From positions 26,365 to 90,364 of the forward strand of contig JBDGYV010000001.1 in assembly GCA_039588915.1 (NCBI GenBank): 64,000 nt of DNA. The letters run 5' to 3'. Every line of letters begins with the position of its first letter. The stretch's first letter is position 1. The position numbers and the translations under genes are program-made. The notes beneath the pieces were generated by a model. It ran no database searches and was not told the origin of the DNA. It saw nothing but the letters and a program-made list of their open reading frames with translations. Source of the DNA: Gemmatimonadota bacterium. Its GTDB lineage: Bacteria; Gemmatimonadota; Gemmatimonadetes; JACCXV01; JAHWKZ01. Positions 42,215 to 51,716 of this stretch are shown piece after piece.

Positions 42215-43519
42215 GTGACCGTTCGCTCGGGCCGCGCCCCAGCCGGGCGCTTTTTTTTATTGATTTCTGTTCTGTCATGCGTTGTTGGCATCGATTGCGG
42301 AAGAGCGCGCACCGCTCCGGGCGTGGTGGAAACCCGGCAACCGTGGTTCGCGGGTGAACCGACTCTCCACGTCGGCATCGCGTGGGGTGACTCGGTGCTC
42401 GAAGTCGGTGGAACTGGTCGATGGTGGATCCACGAAGAGGGCAACCCCGCTCCGATCGCTGCCATCGACGGTGATGAATCGTGGCGTGTCATTCGATTGC
42501 CGTTTGAGAGTGCTCTCAGAGTCATGCGGCCGGACGGCCACTTATCGGAACCCCACGCCGGTCCACTCTCCGTCGACCCCCGAGGCCTCGATCCGGTCTC
42601 ACTGGAGGGACAGCGGTTCCCGGGTTCGGTGCAGGTTCAGCTGCGACCGGACGGCTCGCTCACGGGCATCAACGTCGTGCCGATCGAGGAGTACCTCGAA
42701 GGCGTGGTGGCGAAAGAGCTTGGTCAGCCGGGGCACGATGCGTTTGAGGCTCTTCGCGCCCAGGCGGTGGCGGCGCGCACGTATGCGCTGAAGCGAATGG
42801 GAAGTCGGGCTGACCTGGGCTTCGACGTCTACGGAACCGTGCTCGACCAAGCGTACAAGGGGCTGCCCGATGCGGCTGACTCGCTAGCTGTCCGCGCCGT
42901 CGAGGCTACTCGCGGTGAGGCGCTGCTGTACAATGGGGCGCTGATCGATGCCTACTACCACTCGACCTGTGGTGGACACACCGCACGAGTCGAGCTCGTT
43001 TTCGACGATCCACCGGCGCCGTACTTGGTGTCGGTCAGTGACCGGCAGCCGGACGGCGAAGGTTTCTGGTGTCAGGGTTCCAAGTACTTCCGTTGGACCG
43101 CGACGTTTGATGCCGACCAGCTCGAAAAAACGATCGCTCGTAACCTGCCTCAGCTGGTGCCACTACCACCGGCCGGGACGGGGGCGGTCCGCGACGTTGA
43201 GATCCTCAACACGACCCCGGAGGGGCGCGCGGTTTCGGTTGCCGTCACGACGACTACCGGTCGCTACCTGATCAGCGAGAACGACATCCGGACATTGTTC
43301 GCCGACGCCGAGGGGCGTTTGCTGCGGAGCACGATGTTCCTGGTGCGGCCGACCTACTCGGGGGGTCGGGTGGCTGAGCTGACGCTGGTTGGCGGAGGCT
43401 GGGGACACGGGGTCGGGATGTGCCAGGTCGGTGCGATGGCGAGGGCTCGCGCTGGGCAGGGGTATGGGGAGGTGTTGGGGTGGTATTACCAGGGCACCAC
43501 CATCACCCGCCTCTATTAG
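42215..43519 (+). CDS. SpoIID/LytB-domain protein (cell-wall amidase enhancer family)
   Basis: The SpoIID-like core YLEGVVAKELGQPGHDAFEALRAQAVAARTYALKRM...YHSTCGGHT is present, with a C-terminal GWGHGVGMCQVGA. The start is ambiguous: GTG 42215 encodes the signal FFLLISVLSCVVG, while TTG 42260 lies downstream of the hairpin-T8. Confidence 0.7.
   Translation: MTVRSGRAPAGRFFLLISVLSCVVGIDCGRARTAPGVVETRQPWFAGEPTLHVGIAWGDSVLEVGGTGRWWIHEEGNPAPIAAIDGDESWRVIRLPFESALRVMRPDGHLSEPHAGPLSVDPRGLDPVSLEGQRFPGSVQVQLRPDGSLTGINVVPIEEYLEGVVAKELGQPGHDAFEALRAQAVAARTYALKRMGSRADLGFDVYGTVLDQAYKGLPDAADSLAVRAVEATRGEALLYNGALIDAYYHSTCGGHTARVELVFDDPPAPYLVSVSDRQPDGEGFWCQGSKYFRWTATFDADQLEKTIARNLPQLVPLPPAGTGAVRDVEILNTTPEGRAVSVAVTTTTGRYLISENDIRTLFADAEGRLLRSTMFLVRPTYSGGRVAELTLVGGGWGHGVGMCQVGAMARARAGQGYGEVLGWYYQGTTITRLY
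42234..42258 (+). terminator. Intrinsic terminator-like hairpin (GCGCCC-cagcc-GGGCGC) plus T8
   Basis: A 6-bp GC stem is followed by TTTTTTTT at 42251-42258. It lies 24 nt after the stop of the 41731 gene and inside the first 45 nt of the longest SpoIID-like ORF. Confidence 0.45.
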
Positions 43520-43530
43520 GTGGGCCGCTG

Positions 43531-43629
43531 AAGATGGCGCAACTCGTCGTTGCCTTCTCCTCGCTCGCTGCGGCGTGGGTTCACCACGCCTCGCGAACTC
43601 CTCGTCGGCGCCTCGATTTGCGCCATCTT
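43531..43629. repeat. 12-bp perfect inverted repeat AAGATGGCGCAA / TTGCGCCATCTT separated by 75 nt
   Basis: Arms at 43531-43542 and 43618-43629 span the intergenic region between the SpoIID-like stop (43519) and the CAP-domain gene start (43654). Confidence 0.6.
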
Positions 43630-43653
43630 GAGCGACCCTAATTGGTAGGATCC

Positions 43654-44598
43654 ATGACGGCGGGACGCGTGGCCTCCACCCTCGTCCTCGCGGGCTTGGC
43701 GTGTGGGGTGCCGAAACCACTGCCTGTGGCGTCGCCAGAACCGACTGTCGACACAGTCCCGATCAGGGATCGCTACGCGCGCGGGCGACTCGAGTTGCTC
43801 GCGTTAATAAACGAGGATCGAAGCGCCAACGGTGCGCCGCCGGTCACATTGGACTCGCTGACGACCGTGGTAGCCCAAGCCCATGCCGAGGCGATGGCAG
43901 CCGAGGACTTCTTTAGCCACTATGGGCGCGGTGGCGATGCGCCTTACGAGCGAGTGGCCGAGGCGGGTGGGACGGCTCACGTTCGCGAGAACATCTTTCG
44001 CCGGGTGGAGCGTGGCTCGGATCGACTCCCCAGCTCGGACCCATGGTCTGGCTTTGAGGTCCGGGACGCTGAGGAGTGGCTGATGGCATCTACCGGTCAC
44101 CGCGAGGCGATCGTCGATCCGCGTCGGACCGGTGTCGGAATCGGGATCGCGGTCGATCGGAGGCGCGACGCCGTCTTCGTGGTTCAAGACTTTGCTGCCC
44201 AGCACACAGATCTGGACGCTCCGGCTCAGGGATGGCGTCGCTCAGCCACTACCGTCCGCGGTCGCGTTCGCTCGACCGGTTGGCGGCCGTTGACAGTCAT
44301 CTTGCGAAAGGAGCCTCGTGTTCGAGCGTGGGTCGCGGCCGGACAAACTCCACCGAGTGGACCGTATACCGACGGCGAGGGCAGGGCAGCGATCGTGCCA
44401 CCGTGGGCGATCGAGTGGCGACCGACGAGTCGGTCGTTTGAGCTGGTTTTGCCACTCGATCGATCGAGTTCTCCAGGTCGTTATTACGGGATCGTGTATT
44501 TGGCGCCGGAAGCGGTGGTGGATGGTGCGATCGGTAGACGCTTGGTGAACTCGAACGATGGTTGGCCGGGCGGAGCGTTCGTGATCGACTTGTTCTAG
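43654..44598 (+). CDS. CAP/SCP/PR-1-like domain exported protein (hypothetical)
   Basis: ATG at 43654 gives MTAGRVASTLVLAGLACG, a signal or lipoprotein-like peptide. The CAP-like segment HAEAMAAEDFFSHYGRGG...HRE is present. The ORF-track start at 43642 is TTG. Confidence 0.6.
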   Translation: MTAGRVASTLVLAGLACGVPKPLPVASPEPTVDTVPIRDRYARGRLELLALINEDRSANGAPPVTLDSLTTVVAQAHAEAMAAEDFFSHYGRGGDAPYERVAEAGGTAHVRENIFRRVERGSDRLPSSDPWSGFEVRDAEEWLMASTGHREAIVDPRRTGVGIGIAVDRRRDAVFVVQDFAAQHTDLDAPAQGWRRSATTVRGRVRSTGWRPLTVILRKEPRVRAWVAAGQTPPSGPYTDGEGRAAIVPPWAIEWRPTSRSFELVLPLDRSSSPGRYYGIVYLAPEAVVDGAIGRRLVNSNDGWPGGAFVIDLF

Positions 44599-44625
44599 AG
44601 GGTTTGGTTCGTGGTGGCTTGAAAA

Positions 44626-44635
44626 CCAATATTGG
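44626..44635. promoter_or_regulatory. Perfect 10-bp palindrome CCAATATTGG in the AT-rich ispG upstream region
   Basis: It sits in the 88-nt AT-rich gap 44599-44686 (ttgaaaaccaatattggggttaaatttaatgtttacag), a candidate operator or promoter element. Confidence 0.35.
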
Positions 44636-44686
44636 GGTTAAATTTAATGTTTACAGACATTTCGCCGATTTATCCAGACACGACAA

Positions 44687-45742
44687 ATGCTACCTAGACG
44701 AATGACAAGCCAAGTCATGGTCGGTGACGTCCCCATCGGGGGCGGTGCCCCGGTCACCGTGCAATCGATGACTACCACCAAGACGACCGACATCGACCCG
44801 ACGTTGAACCAGATCCGGAACCTCGAGGTAGCCGGTTGTGATATTGTGCGGGTGACGGTCCCTGACGAGGCGAGTGCCGAGGCGCTGCCCGAGATCAAAG
44901 AGGGCATCTCGATCCCGTTGGTGGCCGACATTCACTTCAACTACCGGGTCGCGCTGTTAGCTCTCGACGCTGGAGTGGACAAGCTACGCATCAATCCCGG
45001 CAACATCGGGGGCGAGAAGCGAGTCCGTGCGGTGGTCGAGAAAGCGCTCGAGAAGCAGGTCCCGATTCGGATCGGGGTCAACGGCGGATCGCTCGAGCGC
45101 GATATTCTCGAGAAGTTCGGGGAGCCAACCGCCGAGGGAATGGTCGAGTCGGCGATCCGTCACTGCGAGATCCTCGAGCGGATGGATTTCCGCGACGTGG
45201 TCGTCTCGCTCAAATCGTCGCACGTCCCGAGAATGATGGAAGCGTACCGGCGCTTTGCCGACTTACGCGATTACCCGCTCCACCTAGGGGTCACCGAGGC
45301 CGGTCCGGTCGAGGCCGGAACGATCAAATCGTGTGCTGGCATCGGCACGCTGCTAGGGGAGGGGATCGGAGACACGATTCGAATCTCGCTCGCTGACGAT
45401 CCGCTCATTGAAACGCGGGTGGCGAAGAAACTGCTCCAGGTGCTCGAGCTGCGACCGAGCGGGGTCAACGTGATCGCCTGCCCTTCGTGTGGTCGAGCCG
45501 ATGTCGACGTTCACAAACTGGCAGCCGAGGTCGAGGCACGTACCGCCCATCTGGACAAAAACATCACCATCGCGGTCATGGGCTGCGCGGTGAACGGGCC
45601 GGGAGAATCGCGCGAGGCTGACATCGGTATCGCCGGTGGTGTTCAGAAGGGGTTGTTGTACCTCAAAGGCGAAAAGGAGCACACAATAGCCGAAGAAGAG
45701 CTGGTCGACGCTCTCGTTCGCAAGATCGAGGACGAGCTCTAA
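44687..45742 (+). CDS. ispG: 4-hydroxy-3-methylbut-2-enyl diphosphate synthase
   Basis: MLPRRMTSQVMVGDVPIGGGAPVTVQSMTTT is the canonical IspG/GcpE N-terminus. The C-terminal Cys ligands CPSCGR...GCAVNGPGE are present. Confidence 0.95.
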   Translation: MLPRRMTSQVMVGDVPIGGGAPVTVQSMTTTKTTDIDPTLNQIRNLEVAGCDIVRVTVPDEASAEALPEIKEGISIPLVADIHFNYRVALLALDAGVDKLRINPGNIGGEKRVRAVVEKALEKQVPIRIGVNGGSLERDILEKFGEPTAEGMVESAIRHCEILERMDFRDVVVSLKSSHVPRMMEAYRRFADLRDYPLHLGVTEAGPVEAGTIKSCAGIGTLLGEGIGDTIRISLADDPLIETRVAKKLLQVLELRPSGVNVIACPSCGRADVDVHKLAAEVEARTAHLDKNITIAVMGCAVNGPGESREADIGIAGGVQKGLLYLKGEKEHTIAEEELVDALVRKIEDEL

Positions 45743-45758
45743 TCCGCGCGGTCAGCGA

Positions 45759-46811
45759 ATGACCTCATCGGCACCATCTAAACCCATTCGCATCGGATTA
45801 CTCGGCACCGGAGCTGTCGCGCAGGTGGCGCATCTCCCCGCCTATCGTCACCTACGCAACGTTGAGTTGATCGCTCTTTGTGATAACGAGAAGACCAAGC
45901 TGAGGGCACTCAAAGATCGGACCGGCATAAGCCACGCCGTTTCGTCGATTGACGAACTCTTGGCGATCGACGAAGTGGAGGCGGTCGACATCTGCCTGCC
46001 CAGCGACCTCCACCGAGATGCGGTGATCCGTTGCCTCGAGGCCGGACGTCACGTGTTGTGCGAGAAACCGCTGGCACTGACACCCGTTGACGTCCAAGCA
46101 ATCGTGGAGGCCCAGCGCAGCAGCGGCAAGATCCTGCTCGTCGGGATGAACAACCGCTACCGTGGTGACTCGATCTTGCTCAAGAGCTTTATTGAGGACA
46201 ACGCTCTTGGCGACGTGTTTTACGCTCGCGCGGGTTGGCTCAAGCGTCGCGACGCATTCAAGAAGGGCGCCTGGCACTATCAACGGGACCGGGCCGGTGG
46301 TGGGGTGCTTATGGATTTGGGTGTTCAGCTGCTCGACTTGACGCTCTGGTTCTGTGGCTACCCAGAGCCGGAACGCGTGGTTGCGCAGTTCTCAAGCCTA
46401 CGGCCGGACGTCGATGTCGAGGACTCGGCAGTAGCGATGCTCAAATGCGCTGGGGGATTGACGATAACCCTCGAAGCATCGTGGCATTTCTTGATGGATT
46501 CGGATCACCATGTTCTGAACTTGTTTGGCACCGACGGTTCGGGGTTGCTAAACCCGATCCGCGTGTTTCAACGCATGCACGACAGCCTCGTCAACGTGAC
46601 TCCGCAAGGACAGCCGTCGATCGGAAACATCTACATGGAGTCGTACGAGCGAGAAATCGCTTTCTTCGGCGAAGTTGCTGCCGGGCGTGAGGAGGCGCCG
46701 CCGCTCGACGAGCAGATCACACTCGCTCGCGCGTTGGCAGCCATCCAGCGATCCGCTGGGGAAGGGCGCGAGGTCATGGTGAAGCCGGCTCCCGCGGCCG
46801 GTGCCCAGTGA
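45759..46811 (+). CDS. Gfo/Idh/MocA-family NAD(P)-dependent oxidoreductase
   Basis: An N-terminal Rossmann segment IRIGLLGTGAVAQVAHLPAY and the EKP motif CEKPLALT are present. Confidence 0.8.
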   Translation: MTSSAPSKPIRIGLLGTGAVAQVAHLPAYRHLRNVELIALCDNEKTKLRALKDRTGISHAVSSIDELLAIDEVEAVDICLPSDLHRDAVIRCLEAGRHVLCEKPLALTPVDVQAIVEAQRSSGKILLVGMNNRYRGDSILLKSFIEDNALGDVFYARAGWLKRRDAFKKGAWHYQRDRAGGGVLMDLGVQLLDLTLWFCGYPEPERVVAQFSSLRPDVDVEDSAVAMLKCAGGLTITLEASWHFLMDSDHHVLNLFGTDGSGLLNPIRVFQRMHDSLVNVTPQGQPSIGNIYMESYEREIAFFGEVAAGREEAPPLDEQITLARALAAIQRSAGEGREVMVKPAPAAGAQ

Positions 46812-48367
46812 GTCTGACCGCCAAGCGCCCACCAGTAGCCGCTCGGTGGTGGTGGCCGCCGGCGTCGGGGCTGTTATTGGCACTCGCCTTCCCACCGCTT
46901 GATCTGTTGCCGCTGGCGCTCGTCGCGCCGTGGCCGCTGCTGGCGTTCCTGGAAACGGAAGATGCTCGCCGACCGAGGCGAGCCTTTACCGGTGGCTTCC
47001 TGTTTGGTCTGGCGTTCTTTGGCGCCATTCTGTACTGGATCGCTGGCTTGAGCGGCTTCAGCGCGATGGCGATCCCGGCTTACATCGCGGCGGTCCTAGT
47101 TATGGCGCTGAACGGTGGCTTGACGGCCCTCGCCGTGGCCGCGGCGAGGCGCCGCGAAGTGTCGGTCGTGCTCGCATTTCCGCTTGCGTGGACGGCCGTC
47201 GAGTGGCTGCGCTCGTTCGGTGATCTCGGCTTCACCTGGGCGATCGCGGCCGACGCTGTGGCCGGCTATCCGCTGCTCATTCAGCCGGCTGAGCTTGGTG
47301 GCGCCTATCTAGTGTCCCTTTGGCTTATGAGCGTGTCGGCTGCGCTCTATCGGCTGGTCCGACCGACGCCTGAAACGCGCCTGGTTCGGTTGGCAGTCGT
47401 GGCGGTTGGGCTGGCCGCCGCAGCGCCAGCTTACGGGGCCTTCCGATTGGGACAGCTCGAGAGCGAGGCCAGCGGTTGGCCGACCCTGCGCGCAGCGGCG
47501 ATTCAGCCCAACGTGCCGCAGGACCGGAAGTGGGACCCCGGGTTTATCGAGGAGACTCTTGAACGGCTCGCTCGGCTCACCCGACGCGCGAACGAGCAAA
47601 ACCCACGGCTGGTGGTGTGGCCCGAAAGCGCAGTGCCGGTCTATTTGCGCTACGATCCGCGATCTCGGATGTTTGTCCCGGGTCTGGCGTCGGAGATCGG
47701 GGCGCCGATCTTTACCGGCACGAACGACGCCGACACGCTGAGCGGTAGAAGTGGTGCGAACGTCGCCGATTACCGCGTGTACAACGCTGCCTATCTCGTG
47801 CGGCCCGGAGCGATCGCAAACGGCCGTTACGCCAAACGGCGACTCGTGCCTGTAGCGGAGAGAGTGCCATTTATTCCTGGGGCCGCGACCGCATACTTCG
47901 AGCGGTTGTCATCCTGGACCGGTCAGTTCGAGCCGGGTCGAACGTGGCCCACGTGGACCGTGGGTGGGCATCGCTTTGCGGCCACCATCTGCTACGAGTC
48001 CGTGTTTCCTAACGTGTCAAGGCGCTTGGTGCGGAACGGCGCCGAGATGCTCCTCAACATCACCAACGATGCGTGGTTTGGGCCTACCGCTGCACCGCAT
48101 CAACACGCAAGCCACCTGTCGCTGCGAGCAGTCGAGAGTCGGGTGTCGGTATTGCGAGCGGCCAACACCGGGATATCCGGGTGGGTAGACCCGATGGGGC
48201 GGGTTCGTGTCGCGACCTCGCTGTACACCTTCGCGGTCGTGGTCGCTGATCTCCCGATCCCGGGAATAGAGACGCCGTACACGCGCTGGGGAAATTGGGC
48301 CCCGTTCGGAGCGTTCATCCTGTGGGCGGGTCTGTGCGTGCGAAGTCGGACGAAGGGGCTAGGGTGA
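46808..48367 (+). CDS. lnt: Apolipoprotein N-acyltransferase
   Basis: The GTG overlaps the upstream stop. N-terminal TM helices are followed by a CN-hydrolase domain with the catalytic region around ICYESVFP. Confidence 0.85.
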   Translation: MSLTAKRPPVAARWWWPPASGLLLALAFPPLDLLPLALVAPWPLLAFLETEDARRPRRAFTGGFLFGLAFFGAILYWIAGLSGFSAMAIPAYIAAVLVMALNGGLTALAVAAARRREVSVVLAFPLAWTAVEWLRSFGDLGFTWAIAADAVAGYPLLIQPAELGGAYLVSLWLMSVSAALYRLVRPTPETRLVRLAVVAVGLAAAAPAYGAFRLGQLESEASGWPTLRAAAIQPNVPQDRKWDPGFIEETLERLARLTRRANEQNPRLVVWPESAVPVYLRYDPRSRMFVPGLASEIGAPIFTGTNDADTLSGRSGANVADYRVYNAAYLVRPGAIANGRYAKRRLVPVAERVPFIPGAATAYFERLSSWTGQFEPGRTWPTWTVGGHRFAATICYESVFPNVSRRLVRNGAEMLLNITNDAWFGPTAAPHQHASHLSLRAVESRVSVLRAANTGISGWVDPMGRVRVATSLYTFAVVVADLPIPGIETPYTRWGNWAPFGAFILWAGLCVRSRTKGLG

Positions 48368-48452
48368 TCGGCGCACGGTTGTCGCTAGACGACTAGGGTC
48401 GTAGCTTTAATAGCTCAAGCTTGTCATTTCACCATAGAAAACCGGAGCCAAT

Positions 48453-48734
48453 ATGAAGAGCGGAATTCACCCCGAGTACGTCGAATCTCGGATCATCTGC
48501 GCCTGCGGCAACATCATCGAGACGCGGTCCACGATGCCCGAGATCCATATCGAGATCTGCTCCAGCTGTCATCCTTTCTTCACCGGCAAGCAAAAACTGG
48601 TGGACACAGCGGGACGGGTCGAGAAGTTCCGCGCCAAGTATGGATTGGCGGACAGCGACAGCGAAGCCGCGGTCGACGAGGCCGAACTGGCCGAAACCGA
48701 GACCGAGGAAGCCGAGGCGACCGCCGACGCCTAA
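48453..48734 (+). CDS. rpmE: 50S ribosomal protein L31
   Basis: [20 protein letters not shown]...[10 protein letters not shown] is the Zn-ribbon L31. GGAG is the RBS. The C-terminal acidic extension is unusual in length. Confidence 0.95.
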   Translation: MKSGIHPEYVESRIICACGNIIETRSTMPEIHIEICSSCHPFFTGKQKLVDTAGRVEKFRAKYGLADSDSEAAVDEAELAETETEEAEATADA

Positions 48735-48786
48735 CTGCGCCAAGCGGTGGCGGGAGACCGCACCGGCGGTCGACCCGCTCGGTGCG

Positions 48787-48812
48787 AGAGCAGGGGGCGA
48801 CCCTGCTCTTTT
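48787..48812 (+). terminator. Intrinsic terminator after rpmE (AGAGCAGGG-ggcga-CCCTGCTCT plus TTT)
   Basis: A 9-bp stem at 48787-48795/48801-48809 is followed by a T-run to 48812. A second upstream hairpin CGCACCG..CGGTGCG lies at 48759-48786. Confidence 0.6.
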
Positions 48813-48842
48813 GCGTTCGGACGCTGATGGCAGAGAGCCAAC

Positions 48843-49910
48843 ATGGAATTGATTCAGAGGATCAAGGAGCTGAGAGCGCGCCACGCAGAGGTGGAGCGGT
48901 TGCTGGCTGACCCTGACGTCAGCCGCGATCGCAATCAACTGCGTGATCTCGCACGCGAGCACCGTCATCTGGAACCGGTCTTAGCAGCCGCTCAGGTGTG
49001 GGAGGGCACGGTCCGCAGGCTCAACGAGGATCGGGAAGTCTTGCGCGAGTCCGAGGATCCGGACCTGAAGGAGTTGGCCCGGGCTGAGATTCCCGAGCTC
49101 GAATCCGAGGTCGAGCACTTGGCGGATGAGTTGCGCCAACTTCTGGTACCCCGTGACCCGCTGGACGACAAAGACGCAATGGTTGAGGTACGAGCCGGAA
49201 CCGGTGGAGAGGAGGCGGCGCTGTTCGCGAGCGAGCTGTTACGCATGTACACGCGGTACGCCGAGCGACGCGGTTGGCAGATCGAGTTGATCGACGTTTC
49301 CTCTTCCGACTCCGGTGGAGTGCGCGAGGCGGTGGCGCTCGTCCACGGGGAAGGGGCTTTTGGCGTGCTTCGCCACGAGAGCGGTGTTCACCGGGTTCAA
49401 CGAGTCCCCCAGACCGAGTCGCAGGGTCGGATTCACACATCGGCGGCGACCATCGCCGTGCTGCCAGAGGCCGAGGAGGTTGACGTGAAGATCGACGAAA
49501 GCGATCTGAAGATCGATGTGTTTCGCTCATCCGGTCCCGGCGGGCAGAGCGTCAACACCACCGACTCCGCGGTCCGGATCACGCATGCCCCGTCGGGCTT
49601 GGTGGTCCAGTGCCAGGACGAGAAGAGCCAGCATAAGAACAAGGCAAAGGCTCTCAAGGTTTTGAGGAGCCGCCTGCTCGACCGTCGGATCGCCGAGCAA
49701 CAGGCTGAGCGTGCCCAAAGTCGCAAGGCACAGGTCGGTACCGGTGACCGGAGCGCCAAGATTCGGACCTACAACTTTCCGCAAGGCCGGGTGACCGATC
49801 ACCGAATCAATCTGACGCTGTACAAGCTCGACGGCGTGTTGGATGGCGATCTGGAGGAACTAATCGAAGCCTTGGTGTTGGCCGATCAGGCCGAACGGAT
49901 CTCGGGATGA
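48843..49910 (+). CDS. prfA: Peptide chain release factor 1
   Basis: The GGQ motif ([11 protein letters not shown]), a PxT-type tripeptide (PQT) and RF1 domain order are present. Confidence 0.95.
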   Translation: MELIQRIKELRARHAEVERLLADPDVSRDRNQLRDLAREHRHLEPVLAAAQVWEGTVRRLNEDREVLRESEDPDLKELARAEIPELESEVEHLADELRQLLVPRDPLDDKDAMVEVRAGTGGEEAALFASELLRMYTRYAERRGWQIELIDVSSSDSGGVREAVALVHGEGAFGVLRHESGVHRVQRVPQTESQGRIHTSAATIAVLPEAEEVDVKIDESDLKIDVFRSSGPGGQSVNTTDSAVRITHAPSGLVVQCQDEKSQHKNKAKALKVLRSRLLDRRIAEQQAERAQSRKAQVGTGDRSAKIRTYNFPQGRVTDHRINLTLYKLDGVLDGDLEELIEALVLADQAERISG

Positions 49911-50800
49911 AGGTCGACTCCGCTGCCACGGTCGATCAACTGCTGGACCAAGCCGAGAAACGGTTGGAAAAGCGCAAGGTCGAGTTCCCCGATGCCAGTG
50001 CACTGTGGCTCTTGGCGCACGCATTGGGAGTCGACGACCCGGATGATCTCGACGAACGTGGAGACGAGACGGTCCGACCCGATGCAGCGCGACAATTCTG
50101 GGAGCTGGTCGACCGGCGCGAGGAAAACGAGCCGTACCAGTACATCATCGGGGTGACCGACTTTCGGGATGAGCTGATGGAGATCCAGCACGGCGTGTTC
50201 CTGCCGCGGTTTCAATCTGAGCAACTGTGTGATGAAATCGAGGAGTGGGTCGAGGAGCGTGCTATCCCACGTGACAATTGGCGGATCGCCGATCTCGGGG
50301 CCGGCTGCGGAGCGCTGGGGGTCTCGTTGGCGATGGGCCCGATCCAGCCGAGTCAGGTGGTATGCGTCGACATCGATCCGTTAGCGCTGGATCTGATTCG
50401 CCGCAACGCTCGGCGGCACGGCGTCGCTGACCGCGTGCAGCCGATGGCGGGCGATTGGCTATCCGCGTTTCGGCCGGAGCCGTGCTTTGACATCATTTGT
50501 GCCGTCCCGCCTTACTTGAACCCCGGCGACGAGGAGTTCTTGACCGAGGAGAGCCTTCAGTGGGAACCGCTGGAAACGTTCTTTGGTGAGCCGAGCGGCG
50601 ACGAGCTCGTCAGGCAGTTATTGGATGACGCAGCGCTTCGGCTGCGGCCAGGGGGATTGATCGCGATACAAGTCGACGACGAGCAAATCCCCGATCTGGA
50701 GGATTACGTCAATGAGGATCCCGATCACCCGCTGGAGATCAAGTGGATTCTCGAGGACGACGACGGAGAAGAGGACGCGATCCTGGCCGTCCACGCTTAG
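49907..50800 (+). CDS. HemK-family class I methyltransferase paralog with variant motif IV (VPPY)
   Basis: The ATG overlaps the prfA stop (ATGA). The SAM motif [11 protein letters not shown] is present. Motif IV reads IICAVPPYL instead of NPPY. A HemK-like N-terminal helical domain and a strongly acidic C-terminus are present. Confidence 0.75.
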   Translation: MKVDSAATVDQLLDQAEKRLEKRKVEFPDASALWLLAHALGVDDPDDLDERGDETVRPDAARQFWELVDRREENEPYQYIIGVTDFRDELMEIQHGVFLPRFQSEQLCDEIEEWVEERAIPRDNWRIADLGAGCGALGVSLAMGPIQPSQVVCVDIDPLALDLIRRNARRHGVADRVQPMAGDWLSAFRPEPCFDIICAVPPYLNPGDEEFLTEESLQWEPLETFFGEPSGDELVRQLLDDAALRLRPGGLIAIQVDDEQIPDLEDYVNEDPDHPLEIKWILEDDDGEEDAILAVHA

Positions 50801-50812
50801 GAGCTCTGCTCG

Positions 50813-51700
50813 ATGATGGTGGGCTGGACGGTGTTGACCCTGGTTCGCGCCACCACGGAGTATTTTCAGAAACGCGGTATCCCTGCGCCCCGACTGTCTG
50901 CGGAGTACTTGCTGGCCGACGTTCTCGGTTGTCGGCGGCTGGATCTCTATCTCGACTTCGATCGTCCGGTGAGCGCACGTGAGATCGATGCCTACCGCGA
51001 GCGTGTCCGGCGCCGTTCAGCGCACGAGCCGATCGAGTACATAACCGGCAAGGCGGGGTTTCGCGATCTTGAGCTGGCAGTCGACCCGAGGGTCTTGATC
51101 CCTCGACCCGAAACCGAGCAACTCGTGGACGAGGTACTCGAGTGGGCACGCGCGGAGAGCAGGCACGGCCGTGCCCCGAGTGGTGGATGGCGGCTGGTCG
51201 ACGTCGGCACCGGTTCGGGCGCGATCGCGTGTGCTCTGGCCCAAGAGTTGGAGGGTCTCGACTGGGTCTTGGGGATCGACTCGAGCCCCGGCGCGATAGC
51301 GGTTGCGCGTGATAACGCCGATCGGTCCCACAGTCAGCGGACGCGATGGGTTGTGGCCGATGGATTGGCTGCGCTCGCCTCGGGGCTTCGCGTGGATGCG
51401 GTGGTCGCCAACCCACCATACCTTGCCGACAGAGAGCGGGCACTGCTCGAGCCACAGGTCGTCGACTGGGAGCCGGAAGCGGCGCTCTTCGCCGGGTCGC
51501 GTGGAGATGAGGCACTGGCTGCCCTCGTCGCGGCGGCGGCCGACCGCCTTCGTCCGGCGGGACTACTGGCGCTAGAGGTTGGCGCTGGGCAAGCCGGTGG
51601 TGTGGAAGCGATGATCGCCGATACCGGTGGGTTGGGGCATCTTTCGACCTATCGCGACCACAATGGGATTGAGCGCGGCGTGTTGGCGCTCGCCGACTGA
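50813..51700 (+). CDS. prmC: Release factor glutamine methyltransferase PrmC (HemK), canonical
   Basis: The SAM motif VDVGTGSGAIA and canonical motif IV VVANPPYL are present. The N-terminal HemK domain EYLLADVLG...EPIEYITG is present. AGGAG lies upstream. Confidence 0.85.
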   Translation: MMVGWTVLTLVRATTEYFQKRGIPAPRLSAEYLLADVLGCRRLDLYLDFDRPVSAREIDAYRERVRRRSAHEPIEYITGKAGFRDLELAVDPRVLIPRPETEQLVDEVLEWARAESRHGRAPSGGWRLVDVGTGSGAIACALAQELEGLDWVLGIDSSPGAIAVARDNADRSHSQRTRWVVADGLAALASGLRVDAVVANPPYLADRERALLEPQVVDWEPEAALFAGSRGDEALAALVAAAADRLRPAGLLALEVGAGQAGGVEAMIADTGGLGHLSTYRDHNGIERGVLALAD

Positions 51701-51716
51701 TCGAAAGGGAAAGCGC

